IMG/VR virus record: IMGVR_UViG_3300050029_000117
Span: 1 to 57,188 of that record
DNA length: 57,188 bases
Strand: one strand, 5' to 3'
Source: a virus
The position numbers were made by a program, and so were the translations under genes. Under the pieces are notes generated by a model. That model did no database searches and was not told where the DNA came from. It saw only the letters and a list, made by a program, of their open reading frames with translations. Of this stretch, positions 39,308 through 47,836 are shown piece after piece; positions within the stretch are counted from its first letter, which is position 1, and each line of letters opens with the position of its first letter.

Positions 39308-41690
39308 CCGACACCTCCCCCTGACTGAACACACCCGCCGTAGTCACACAGCCCTGCGCCTCCAGATAATGTCTCACTATGTCCGCTGGTCCGGTAAGCT
39401 GACTGACTATGTGACCAATCTTGCAATACAGCACAGGCTTACCCGGCCCGCCACAATCTTGTATCGGGTTCCAGATCCTGCCATTATTTTTTAACCCCGG
39501 ATGCCAGTCATAGCCGAGAGCCCGCAGCGTGTCCCGCCGCTTGGCTCGGGGTAGCTTAGCGGATAGTCGGCGGTCACTGAGCATCTTGTCCAGCGCCAGG
39601 CTTGAGATCCAGCCGCCCGAGAAGCCCGGTTGTCCGGACTCGATCGCCTCCAGTATCTCCTGCTCGATGCCGCCCATGGATAACCTGATAGCCTCCTCGG
39701 TGCTGCTGGTCTTGGGTGCCACCTGACAACCACGCGCCGGATTAAATTCTGCTGCTATCTGGTAAGTACGCAACCAATGGTTGACTACCGCATAGCCGTA
39801 GCCGACGCCCAGGTGAGCGTAATCACCCTCACCCTTCAGCCAGTCGTAGAGGTCCGGGAAGTATGTGCCATCCATACCATCGCGCTCGATGTCGGCACGG
39901 GACTGCTGTGCCGTGTAGAGGATGGAGTATCGCCGCTGGTCTGTGCCTGTTGGCACACCGTCCTGGTGATTGGTGCACATGATGCCGTTGGCCCGGTTGT
40001 CTCCCATAACCTGGTCGGCACCCTTGCCCTCGATCTGGATACGATCATTGGTCACAGTGGCCTTGAAAGCCTCCAGAAAGTCCCGCCGGTCGTTGACATA
40101 AATCTCCTCGATGCCGATAAACAGCTTGCGGACTACCCAGCTATTAAACTTGGCACCGTTACGGGCCATGTCGTCCACGTTGGGGATGTGAGTGTATCGT
40201 TTGCCCACGGCGTGCTCCATCGTTCGGATGATAGCCGACTTGCCGTTGCCCTCGGTTCCTTGGATAACAGGCCACCATTGAAACTTTTTGCCGGGATACT
40301 GCACCATAGCCGCCATGTAGCTGATCAGGATCTCCCGGTCGCGGTCATTGGGCAGCATCTTGGCCAGCATCTCCTGGAAGCGGGAAGGGTCGCCGTCGGT
40401 CACCCGACGCGTCTCTATCGGGCGGTAGGTGTTCACAATGGTGGTGCCCTCTTCTTCCAGGATGATACCAGGGGGCTGCTCGGGCCTGAAGCACATCGAC
40501 GCAGCATTGGGGAATCTGATCGCCTTGGACCGGGTAAAACATAGCCAAGCGTCATCGGTCGTCTTGGAGCCTTGGGAGTCCATAAAGTAAGCCCGTCCGC
40601 CATACTGCACCTGAAACCGCTCGGAGTTAAGCAATGATCCATCCGGTATCCAGACACGGTGCAGATCGCGGATATACACACAGCCACGGAAGACTTCGGG
40701 CTGCTGGGAGATGCTGCACAGGCCGGTTGAGCCGGTCAGCTCGGCTTGGGTGGGCTGCTCTGTGGGGGGTGTGACAGTAGCGGGGCGGTTATTCATTACG
40801 GAGGTGCAACGTGCTACGGCTTTGAGAATAGTATTGGTGCGGTAATCTTCACGGTCGGTCCATTTGTCGCGCCGGCCGAGCGCGGATTGCCTGAACAACC
40901 GATCCATGCGCTCACAATCCTTGCCGGTCCACCATGCGAGGTGAGCACACAGGGCGGCATCTGCTGCACTGGCGTCATAGCCGCGCGGGTCGGGGTACGC
41001 CGTGGATAGAGCCGTCTCGTCACCAAGCCACAACTGCAGCAGGGTAGCGCGACCGCCGAATGATGCAGCCACACTCGGCCTGGACAGCATCATACGATTG
41101 ATCATATCGTTGTCATCTGTTGGGCCGGACCATTCTGCCACTGGTGAGGTTGTCCAGTCGGCGGGGGCGGTGGGTGTTGCGGGTCCGCCGGACCATCCGG
41201 GAAATGACAACAACCAGTCGAGCTGCGCTTGGGCCGGGTGGTCCATTGAGCCGGTTGCGTGGTATCCGGTGAGGGCGCAGAAGCGGCCACTGGAATACAT
41301 CTCAAGCTGGTACGTTGCGTTCCTCGTACCGTGACCAGCAGGGGGTGTGCCAGAGCCTATAATGTGAAGGCCCGTGCCGCTCTGTGAAACCTCCACGTAA
41401 GCCCCGGCACATGCCTGACAGACCTGAACGGCGAGGGGTGACCATGTACCGTCGGATTGTAAGCAATGGTCCAGATCCAGAAACCACCGCTGTGCCGCCG
41501 CGGTAAATACGTAGCCTACTTGACAGCCCGGCCACTGGCTTGCGGCCTGCGCGGCCTGCTGCTGGGTGACGTGGTGCTGCGGGTCGTGCGGATTGCAGAC
41601 TTGGCCGGTGTATGGTGATACGGGCAGCTTATCGGTGCTGCCCGGACGGGTGCGCGAGGGAGCCGACCGCCAGAGGATATAGTGGGGCAT
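39300..41690 (-). CDS. bifunctional primase-polymerase / SF3 (D5/P4-type) helicase
   Basis: N-terminal prim-pol motifs (FLDLDH, SQSGTGLHIIG). Walker A is QGTEGNGKS in the C-terminal half. 796 aa. Confidence 0.7.
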   Translation of the reverse strand: MPHYILWRSAPSRTRPGSTDKLPVSPYTGQVCNPHDPQHHVTQQQAAQAASQWPGCQVGYVFTAAAQRWFLDLDHCLQSDGTWSPLAVQVCQACAGAYVEVSQSGTGLHIIGSGTPPAGHGTRNATYQLEMYSSGRFCALTGYHATGSMDHPAQAQLDWLLSFPGWSGGPATPTAPADWTTSPVAEWSGPTDDNDMINRMMLSRPSVAASFGGRATLLQLWLGDETALSTAYPDPRGYDASAADAALCAHLAWWTGKDCERMDRLFRQSALGRRDKWTDREDYRTNTILKAVARCTSVMNNRPATVTPPTEQPTQAELTGSTGLCSISQQPEVFRGCVYIRDLHRVWIPDGSLLNSERFQVQYGGRAYFMDSQGSKTTDDAWLCFTRSKAIRFPNAASMCFRPEQPPGIILEEEGTTIVNTYRPIETRRVTDGDPSRFQEMLAKMLPNDRDREILISYMAAMVQYPGKKFQWWPVIQGTEGNGKSAIIRTMEHAVGKRYTHIPNVDDMARNGAKFNSWVVRKLFIGIEEIYVNDRRDFLEAFKATVTNDRIQIEGKGADQVMGDNRANGIMCTNHQDGVPTGTDQRRYSILYTAQQSRADIERDGMDGTYFPDLYDWLKGEGDYAHLGVGYGYAVVNHWLRTYQIAAEFNPARGCQVAPKTSSTEEAIRLSMGGIEQEILEAIESGQPGFSGGWISSLALDKMLSDRRLSAKLPRAKRRDTLRALGYDWHPGLKNNGRIWNPIQDCGGPGKPVLYCKIGHIVSQLTGPADIVRHYLEAQGCVTTAGVFSQGEVSGG

Positions 41691-41699
41691 GCTGTGCTC

Positions 41700-41924
41700 C
41701 TATGTAGTGGGCTGGGCTGTCTGCATCCGTGTAACAACCGCGTCAAATAATGTGCGGTCCGGGTAATATTTATAGAGGGTGGGCTTGGTAAGCCGGGAGG
41801 CTACGGCCACCGCTTCGTAGGTGAGGGCGCCATACCCGTGGTCGGTAACCAGGGTACAGGCGGTGGTTAGGATATACTCAGCAGCCAGAGCTGAGAGTGG
41901 GTGGGGCTGTGCGGGGGTGGTCAT
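41700..41924 (-). CDS. 74-aa stand-alone TetR-type HTH domain protein
   Basis: GYGALTYEAVAVASRLTKPTLYKYYPDRTLFDAVV matches the TetR N-terminal DNA-binding domain. There is no ligand domain. Confidence 0.5.
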   Translation of the reverse strand: MTTPAQPHPLSALAAEYILTTACTLVTDHGYGALTYEAVAVASRLTKPTLYKYYPDRTLFDAVVTRMQTAQPTT

Positions 41925-41934
41925 GGGTTGGCTC

Positions 41935-42555
41935 CTAAATTCCAGATTTTCCGGTATAACGGGTGGCGGGGGCCACTTGAGTTACTACGTCAATTTCGCC
42001 ATCTTTATGGTTTTCTACATACTGTCGGAGATACTTTTGCACAGACTGATACCATTCCTTTGCTGTGACCTGTTTCAGATTCATGTGGCCGTGTTTGCCG
42101 TCCGGTTGCGCTGATCTCATGTACTCAGTCAGTTCACCAGAAGCCCATGCGCGGGGGAGATACATCCACCACGGTTCCAACCCCAATGACAGTTTATCAG
42201 CCATGCAGAGGCGGGATGGTTGATGCCCCACTTGCTTTGCCAGAAAACGAGAGTGAAACAGGCAGAACCAGTGCCATGTGTAATTGTGGTCAGCAGCGTA
42301 TCCCTCCCGGCGGATTATGCGCGGCCAGTCAAAGACCTTGTGCATGATGATTGCTCCACGGTAAGGGTGTAAATCTCCCTTTGGCCCATCCATTTCAGGA
42401 CAGCCCCAATATCCCCAATCGTGGACAATGAATGCCACCCATAACCGAGGATCGAACGGGAAGCCGTAGAGCTTCCACCACGCCAGCGCCACCCAAAGAG
42501 GATGAATAAATACTTGATGCACTCCGAAGAGTAATGACTTTGTACCGACTCTCAT
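41935..42555 (-). CDS. 206-aa hypothetical protein (HDWGYWG motif; possible metal-dependent hydrolase)
   Basis: ATG 42555 with GGAGG SD, 1 nt after the upstream stop. Function not assignable. Confidence 0.4.
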   Translation of the reverse strand: MRVGTKSLLFGVHQVFIHPLWVALAWWKLYGFPFDPRLWVAFIVHDWGYWGCPEMDGPKGDLHPYRGAIIMHKVFDWPRIIRREGYAADHNYTWHWFCLFHSRFLAKQVGHQPSRLCMADKLSLGLEPWWMYLPRAWASGELTEYMRSAQPDGKHGHMNLKQVTAKEWYQSVQKYLRQYVENHKDGEIDVVTQVAPATRYTGKSGI

Positions 42556-42556
42556 A

Positions 42557-43087
42557 TTATGCCTCCGGGTCATTAACAAACCGGGCGATACCGCCCAGGC
42601 TTAGGACTTTCATAATGAAATTCATTTGTGCTTTTTGGTGGCAGTAGTCACATAGAGATTTACCGGGCTTACAGATACAAGGTCGATCACCGAGATAAAC
42701 CCATCCGGGATGCTTCACCTCCTCGGCCAGGAACAGCCCCACCGTACTGCCGACCATCTGCGGTGTGACCACAACCGACTGAACGCCTATTAAGTCGCTA
42801 GACTTCATTACCTTGCTGACCTGTGCGCTGGTGTGGCCGAGACCATACCGAACGAGCCGCCCGGTCTTATCTTGAAGTGCGCCCGAGTTGTTCCTTAGAA
42901 GCCATCCGTTATTACGTGCCGCCCGCAGCACCCGCTCCGACTGGATGCCCGCCTCGCTGCGGTCTGGCCCTGGAGTGGCGGTGGGCGGCGGGGTCGGTAC
43001 GGCTGCGCCGAGGGTGGCCAGCAGATCGTTGAGGCATGCGGCGGGGAGGCCCCAGCGGGCGGCCCATTGGTAGAGTGGTGTGGTCAT
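42557..43087 (-). CDS. VRR-NUC / PD-(D/E)xK nuclease
   Basis: SEAGIQSERVLRAARNNGWLLRNNSGA ... SDLIG ... LAEEVKHPGW, with D...E-x-K. ATG 43087 is ATGA-coupled to the upstream micro-ORF, so the longer ORF-track N-terminus is rejected. Confidence 0.5.
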   Translation of the reverse strand: MTTPLYQWAARWGLPAACLNDLLATLGAAVPTPPPTATPGPDRSEAGIQSERVLRAARNNGWLLRNNSGALQDKTGRLVRYGLGHTSAQVSKVMKSSDLIGVQSVVVTPQMVGSTVGLFLAEEVKHPGWVYLGDRPCICKPGKSLCDYCHQKAQMNFIMKVLSLGGIARFVNDPEA

Positions 43088-43227
43088 TTCCCCAGTCTCC
43101 AGGTTCCCCATGTAACCCACCATTCCAGGTGCCACACCACGATAACTGCCAGTGCGCCTAGTACGATAGACCCCGATAATACCCAAACCACCCAGTACAG
43201 TTGTGCGGTAAGCCAATAGTAACTCAT
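43084..43227 (-). CDS. 47-aa Trp-rich hydrophobic micro-protein (MSYYWLTAQLYWVVWVLSGSIVLGALAVIVVWHLEWWVTWGTWRLGK)
   Basis: ATGA overlap with the helicase stop (43224-43227) and ATGA overlap with the nuclease start (43084-43087). Below the ORF-track cutoff. Confidence 0.4.
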   Translation of the reverse strand: MSYYWLTAQLYWVVWVLSGSIVLGALAVIVVWHLEWWVTWGTWRLGK

Positions 43228-44945
43228 ACTCTACCCTCCCGTAATTCAGCATCTAGCTCACAAATGCTGTCGCATATGCGGATAGTCATAGCTTCGGCCT
43301 CAGCCCGCCCTAATGACTGGGCGGATAGCACATCGCAATTAAATTTAAAGTACCATCTGCGCTGCGCCTCACTGACCGACCGGCCCCACGCCTGCTGATA
43401 ACCCATCCAGAGACTCGCAGCCTCTCGCAGTGCCGCCTGCGCCTCCTGCTTCTCGGCGTGACGGTTACTCGCTCCCTTCGCAATAGGATAGGCGTGCCCG
43501 GCGCGTTGCATCATGTGTAGCACCTCCAGTGGCGTGCGGTCAACTGCTGCTACCTCGCCCCGCATGGCTGCTAGTGTTGCGGGGTCTACTTCCCCGAGGT
43601 CACCGTCTACAAACTCCACCGATGCTCTGCTGGCTGGTTCGGGTATCGGGTATCCACATACCGGGCAGGCTTTGTAGAATCGTTCGTATGGTGTGAAGCA
43701 GGGGTTTCCGCGTCCGTCGGCATTGGGGTTAAGGCAGGTACGATAGGGTATAACGTCCTCAGACTTACCCCGTGTCTTGCTGTCCTGCCGCTCCAGCGTC
43801 CAATTGTGCTTACGGTCCGGGGGGCCGTGGCGGTGGAAGTTACCAACGTGGTCAATGATCAGTGCCACCTTGGATGGATCGTCGGGATTCTTGCGGCAGG
43901 GTCTGAGGAACTGCTGATGGAACAGGGGGTAACTCTCAGTATACCGAGCCATTATGACCACTTCCATACCAGGACAATCAAAGCCCTCGCCTAGAATGTC
44001 TATATTTGCGATTACTAATATTTGGCGGCGTTCAAACCGTTGCAGTAGCTCAAACCGGATGTCATCGGGGGTGTTTGCGGTAACCAGCTCACAAGGGACA
44101 CCGGCGGCGTTGAAGTTGGCCACCATCGTAGTAGCGGTTTCTATGTCCGGTGCGAACAGACCGGCCAGCTTGCCGGGGCAGTACTTCTGGTAGTGTGTGA
44201 CCACATCCCCCATAACCGTAGAGTTGCGGGTACGTAGTCCCAGCTTCTTTTGGTTGACATCCCCATCTTTACCGATTGGTATATCGTGAACATCCAGATC
44301 GGACGGTGGGCAGATTACCCGGTACTCGGCCAGATGGCCCGCATTGATCAGCTCCCGCTCTCCCGGCCCCTCAACCATCACGTCCACAATGCCGCCCTCA
44401 TTGAGACCGAGACCCTGACCGTCGGCACGTTTCGGTGTGGCTGTAACCAGCAGGCCGCGTGCGTTGGGCATCAACGCGGCGATACGGCACCATTTATTCC
44501 CGGTGGTAAAGTCAACCCCCTTGACGCCGCTAGCGTGATGACCTTCATCGAGTACCCAGAATGTCTGTTGGGTTAGCCACGGTCCCAGCGTGTCGGCGCG
44601 TGCTATCAGGGTATCCACACCAGCAACAGCGCAACGGCTGGACGGATCGTAGAAGTCGCACCCGTATACTTTAATCTGCAGTCGGATGATCCGCTTGATT
44701 ACATTGTCGGGGGCGACGATACGGTGCCTGACGCCGTACTTGGCCAGCGTCATGCTCATTTGCCTGACCAGCTCCTGGCGGTGCGCTATGGCCAGGCAGT
44801 AGCCATTGTGATGCAGCAGACGATAGCAGAAACAGGCTGTCTTTCCCCCTCCGCAACCAAGCACCATCATTACTATACGGGCGCCGGCAGTAAAGGCGTC
44901 ATCGACGAGTTTATTAAGTTTTATCTGGTAATTTCTCAATCTCAT
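43224..44945 (-). CDS. SF2 DEAD/DEAH-box (DEGH) helicase with a C-terminal zinc finger
   Basis: Motifs LRNYQ, Walker A GCGGGKT, VLDEGHHA, VTATPKR and QQFLRPCR. The start is placed at ATG 44945, immediately after a promoter-like element; upstream in-frame ATGs at 44993 and 45014 are possible. Confidence 0.7.
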   Translation of the reverse strand: MRLRNYQIKLNKLVDDAFTAGARIVMMVLGCGGGKTACFCYRLLHHNGYCLAIAHRQELVRQMSMTLAKYGVRHRIVAPDNVIKRIIRLQIKVYGCDFYDPSSRCAVAGVDTLIARADTLGPWLTQQTFWVLDEGHHASGVKGVDFTTGNKWCRIAALMPNARGLLVTATPKRADGQGLGLNEGGIVDVMVEGPGERELINAGHLAEYRVICPPSDLDVHDIPIGKDGDVNQKKLGLRTRNSTVMGDVVTHYQKYCPGKLAGLFAPDIETATTMVANFNAAGVPCELVTANTPDDIRFELLQRFERRQILVIANIDILGEGFDCPGMEVVIMARYTESYPLFHQQFLRPCRKNPDDPSKVALIIDHVGNFHRHGPPDRKHNWTLERQDSKTRGKSEDVIPYRTCLNPNADGRGNPCFTPYERFYKACPVCGYPIPEPASRASVEFVDGDLGEVDPATLAAMRGEVAAVDRTPLEVLHMMQRAGHAYPIAKGASNRHAEKQEAQAALREAASLWMGYQQAWGRSVSEAQRRWYFKFNCDVLSAQSLGRAEAEAMTIRICDSICELDAELREGRV

Positions 44946-44951
44946 GGCTCT

Positions 44952-44980
44952 TGTATACCCGCTTGCCGGGGGCAAGTCAA
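44952..44980 (-). promoter_or_regulatory. sigma70-type promoter TTGACT-17 nt-TATACA, 6 nt upstream of ATG 44945 (leaderless-mRNA geometry)
   Basis: Minus-strand TTGACT (44980-44975) and TATACA (44957-44952), then AGAGCC-ATG. The spacer contains the CTTGCC-ccc-GGCAAG hairpin. Confidence 0.4.
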
Positions 44981-45007
44981 CTATTTTTATCATGTGTAAA
45001 ATAATTA

Positions 45008-45036
45008 TTGACACGGTGCGCGAGTGGGCGTATTAC
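45008..45036 (+). promoter_or_regulatory. sigma70-type promoter TTGACA-17 nt-TATTAC for the rightward operon
   Basis: TTGACA at 45008-45013 and TATTAC at 45031-45036. Divergent from the leftward promoter. Confidence 0.5.
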
Positions 45037-45120
45037 TACATTCAACGTGAGGTTAGGGGTACAACGGCTGACAGATCAGCCCCCCTACTACGGTGGAGGA
45101 AACAATAAAAGGAGAAACAC

Positions 45121-45504
45121 ATGAAAAAGTTGATTATGTCAATACTCTCGGTGGGCTGCATCTGTTTGTTATCTGGCTGCACCAATGACGCAAGCGTGGT
45201 GTCTCATAATCTCTCAAAAGCGGCTAACCAGTTCGAGGTGATGCGAAGGATTGTGTTCTACAACGGGATTACCGGGGAGTACATGCTGACCGTAGAAGGG
45301 CTGTGTTCTCTGGAGCCGACCGACAAGAAACTCATGGTCACATGCAAAACAGGGCCATCTGCCTACAAGAAGCATTACCTTGGATTGTCGGATAATGTGA
45401 CCTACTTTGCTGAACAAATGGAGCCTGTTGCAGCAAGCCCATATCATTACCGTGTGGTATTCAAACCGGCTGCAATTCTGCCAGATATCCAGATTGCCAG
45501 ATAA
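45121..45504 (+). CDS. lipoprotein (lipobox LLSGC)
   Basis: MKKLIMSILSVGCICLLSGC-TND, with AAGGAGAAA SD. First gene of the rightward operon. Confidence 0.7.
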   Translation: MKKLIMSILSVGCICLLSGCTNDASVVSHNLSKAANQFEVMRRIVFYNGITGEYMLTVEGLCSLEPTDKKLMVTCKTGPSAYKKHYLGLSDNVTYFAEQMEPVAASPYHYRVVFKPAAILPDIQIAR

Positions 45505-45594
45505 CGATCAAGCGTCAGCAGCGGGGCTTTTCCCGCCTGCTGCACAGCGGCTTGTTATCTGGGGTTTTCATCACATTCAAAAAGGAGCAATCCA

Positions 45595-45996
45595 ATGGCA
45601 GACAGCAAAGAAATCGCAGTAAAAGCAAGTATCGACATTGGCGACAACATCACAAAACTGATTGAAAAACTGGCGTCCCAAATCGGCACAACAACCGACA
45701 AAGTATTTCCTTGGTACGTAAAGCAGCAAGTAATTGAAGGTTGGTGCTGGATCGGGTGTTCTGGTTTTGTTTTTCTGGCTGGATTGATAGTGGCACTCTG
45801 CTGCATCCGTCCGAGTCTGCACGAAAAAGACAATGAGTCGTATGTTGTCGCTGTAGTAATCGGCGGAATATTATCTGCAACAGGGTTAGCGTTTTTACTC
45901 TTTGGCATGGGCGGTGCGCTGACACAGATCATCAACCCCGAATACTATGCCCTCAAATCAATGACCGGCGACATGGCAAGGCTTATTTCCAGATAA
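45595..45996 (+). CDS. 133-aa membrane protein (two TM segments)
   Basis: AAGGAG SD. Hydrophobic stretches WCWIGCSGFVFLAGLIVALCCI and VVAVVIGGILSATGLAFLLFGMGGAL. Confidence 0.55.
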   Translation: MADSKEIAVKASIDIGDNITKLIEKLASQIGTTTDKVFPWYVKQQVIEGWCWIGCSGFVFLAGLIVALCCIRPSLHEKDNESYVVAVVIGGILSATGLAFLLFGMGGALTQIINPEYYALKSMTGDMARLISR

Positions 45997-46001
45997 CGGT
46001 T

Positions 46002-46028
46002 AGCCGATGACCGGACGGCTTTTTGTTT
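46002..46028 (+). terminator. rho-independent terminator candidate
   Basis: AGCCG-9 nt-CGGCT followed by TTTTGTTT. Confidence 0.45.
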
Positions 46029-46064
46029 CGGTCCATAGGCGGGTTATGCCCGTCAGAAAGTGGG

Positions 46065-46346
46065 ATGGCAATGACTACTTTAGAAGAAGCTAAAGAAGTT
46101 TGTGCGCAGGGATGGCCGGAAAATCAACGGATGCAACGGAGGTTTGACGTTGAACAATGGCTAATTTCGGAAGTAGAGCGACTGTCAAAACCTAAAGGTT
46201 TTCTTGTCGTGGATCACAACGGCATGGATAACGACGCAGACTACGGAGTTAGTTTCAGTGGGTTCAACCCCGAATTACAGGACTACGTTAAATGTGCCAC
46301 AGAAGAGGATGCCATTCGTCTGGTAGAAATTTTGTCGAGGGCATAA
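46065..46346 (+). CDS. 93-aa hypothetical protein
   Basis: The start is placed at ATG 46065 (or 46071), after the terminator. The ORF-track N-terminal extension is unlikely. Confidence 0.4.
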   Translation: MAMTTLEEAKEVCAQGWPENQRMQRRFDVEQWLISEVERLSKPKGFLVVDHNGMDNDADYGVSFSGFNPELQDYVKCATEEDAIRLVEILSRA

Positions 46347-46410
46347 CGGGTATTGAGGTGAGCGGCTTGACCGCTCCAGCGAATGGTTATGGCGCGGAGG
46401 TGCCACGGAG

Positions 46411-46527
46411 ATGAAGTATTCAGTAGATCAATGTATTTCGCAGTGCCAAGAGCAGGCAAAAATTAATCTGGAACCGGAGTTCTCACAGTTCATGGAGGAC
46501 ACGGCAACCTATTTGATTTCGTTTTAG
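46411..46527 (+). CDS. 38-aa hypothetical micro-protein
   Basis: GGAGGTGCCACGGAG upstream. Below the ORF-track cutoff. Confidence 0.3.
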   Translation: MKYSVDQCISQCQEQAKINLEPEFSQFMEDTATYLISF

Positions 46528-46563
46528 GAGTCATACCAAACATTCAGGGCTGTCATCGACAAA

Positions 46564-46592
46564 TTGACAGCAGACAACGGCGGTACTATTCC
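46564..46592 (+). promoter_or_regulatory. sigma70-type promoter TTGACA-17 nt-TATTCC
   Basis: TTGACA at 46564-46569 and TATTCC at 46587-46592, upstream of the HU-like gene. Confidence 0.4.
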
Positions 46593-46649
46593 AAGTTGGC
46601 TATTGCAAACGAACACCGCTGTATATCTACGACTAGGAGGTGATGCAGA

Positions 46650-46916
46650 TTGATTGCAGTTGAACTGGTGGACCGTGTGGCCCGTAAGACCGGGTACACC
46701 CGCCGCAGCATCAGCAAGATTATCAAGGCGGCGTTTAAAGAGATCCGGGCCGAGGGTCATCTGGAGTATCGGGGATTCGGGGTATTTAAGCGGATCGCCA
46801 CGCCCGAGAGAGTGTGGACAACCCCCTGGGACGGTGACATGGGGGTCAGCCTGAGCAAGAGTAAATTGACGTTTAAAGAGAGTAAACCAAACCGGCATAG
46901 GAGGAAGAAAGTATGA
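46650..46916 (+). CDS. HU/IHF-family DNA-binding protein
   Basis: TTG start 10 nt after AGGAGG. ...RRSISKIIKAAFKEIRAEGHLEYRGFGVFKRIATPER...KLTFKESK matches the HU/IHF arm pattern. Confidence 0.6.
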   Translation: MIAVELVDRVARKTGYTRRSISKIIKAAFKEIRAEGHLEYRGFGVFKRIATPERVWTTPWDGDMGVSLSKSKLTFKESKPNRHRRKKV

Positions 46917-47836
46917 GTAAACTAAGCATCACTTTGGAAACTGAAGATCGGAACGTGGTGTGCGAGGTGGCCGATATGTTGCGTCGGTTAGTTTGCACCG
47001 AGAGTACTGATTACTACGGTCGGCTTGTTACTGACCCGAATTGTCTCGTACCTATGCCAAGTTGTTTTGGCCCCACCACTGTAGAGGTCAACCCGTTTGG
47101 CCAATCACAAGGATTTCCCGAGATGCCAGCTGAAGCGGGCCAATCGGCTGCGGGGGTAGCATTTAATTTTACCGAAGTTCCGGCTCCCGTATTTCCACAG
47201 GTACCCGCCGAACCCGTAGTATTTAAGACCGTCGTACCCCCGCTGGCCCCGGTGTCCCCCGGCGTAGAACTCGACGCTGACGGTCTGCCCTGGGACGCCC
47301 GTATTCATGCCAGCTCCAAGGGCAAGTTGGCCAAGACCGGACAGTGGAAACTCGCCCGTAACATCGACCCGGCTCTGGCCGCATGGGTCACCACTGAGTT
47401 AAAGGCCGTGATGGGTAATCCGGCACCGCAACATGAGTACATACCGAAGGGTGAGACGTTTACCGCACCGGCCCCCGATCAATCAGTGGTGGCCACACCA
47501 CCCGCACCACCTGTAACTTACACCGAGCCACAAACAGTAACAGTTTGCCCGATACCACCGGTATTGACCATCGTGCCACCCTTGGCACCCGCTGCACCCT
47601 TGGCACCCGCCGCGCCTGCACCGCCCGCTCCAGCCCCCACGGGTAATGTGACCACCTTTCCGCAGGTCATTATGAAGCTGACCGAGATGCAAGCGGCTAA
47701 GAAGATCGCTTTTGACGAGGTGCTAGCGGTCCTGGCGACGCACGGTCTGCCGAATCTGCAGCTGCTCGGGTCGGCTAAACCGGAACTCATACCGCAGGTC
47801 ATGCAGGAGCTGGAGGCGATATGGGCGGCACGTTAG
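46913..47836 (+). CDS. 307-aa Pro-rich hypothetical replication-module protein
   Basis: ATGA-coupled. Conserved-looking block DADGLPWDARIHASSKGKLAKTGQWKLARN. Confidence 0.4.
   Translation: MSKLSITLETEDRNVVCEVADMLRRLVCTESTDYYGRLVTDPNCLVPMPSCFGPTTVEVNPFGQSQGFPEMPAEAGQSAAGVAFNFTEVPAPVFPQVPAEPVVFKTVVPPLAPVSPGVELDADGLPWDARIHASSKGKLAKTGQWKLARNIDPALAAWVTTELKAVMGNPAPQHEYIPKGETFTAPAPDQSVVATPPAPPVTYTEPQTVTVCPIPPVLTIVPPLAPAAPLAPAAPAPPAPAPTGNVTTFPQVIMKLTEMQAAKKIAFDEVLAVLATHGLPNLQLLGSAKPELIPQVMQELEAIWAAR

Noticed and set aside
41700-41924. Lysogeny module (a repressor and integrase)
   Set aside because: Only a stand-alone TetR-type HTH and two RHH proteins are present. No integrase, recombinase, excisionase or attP-like feature was recognised, so a temperate lifestyle is not claimed.
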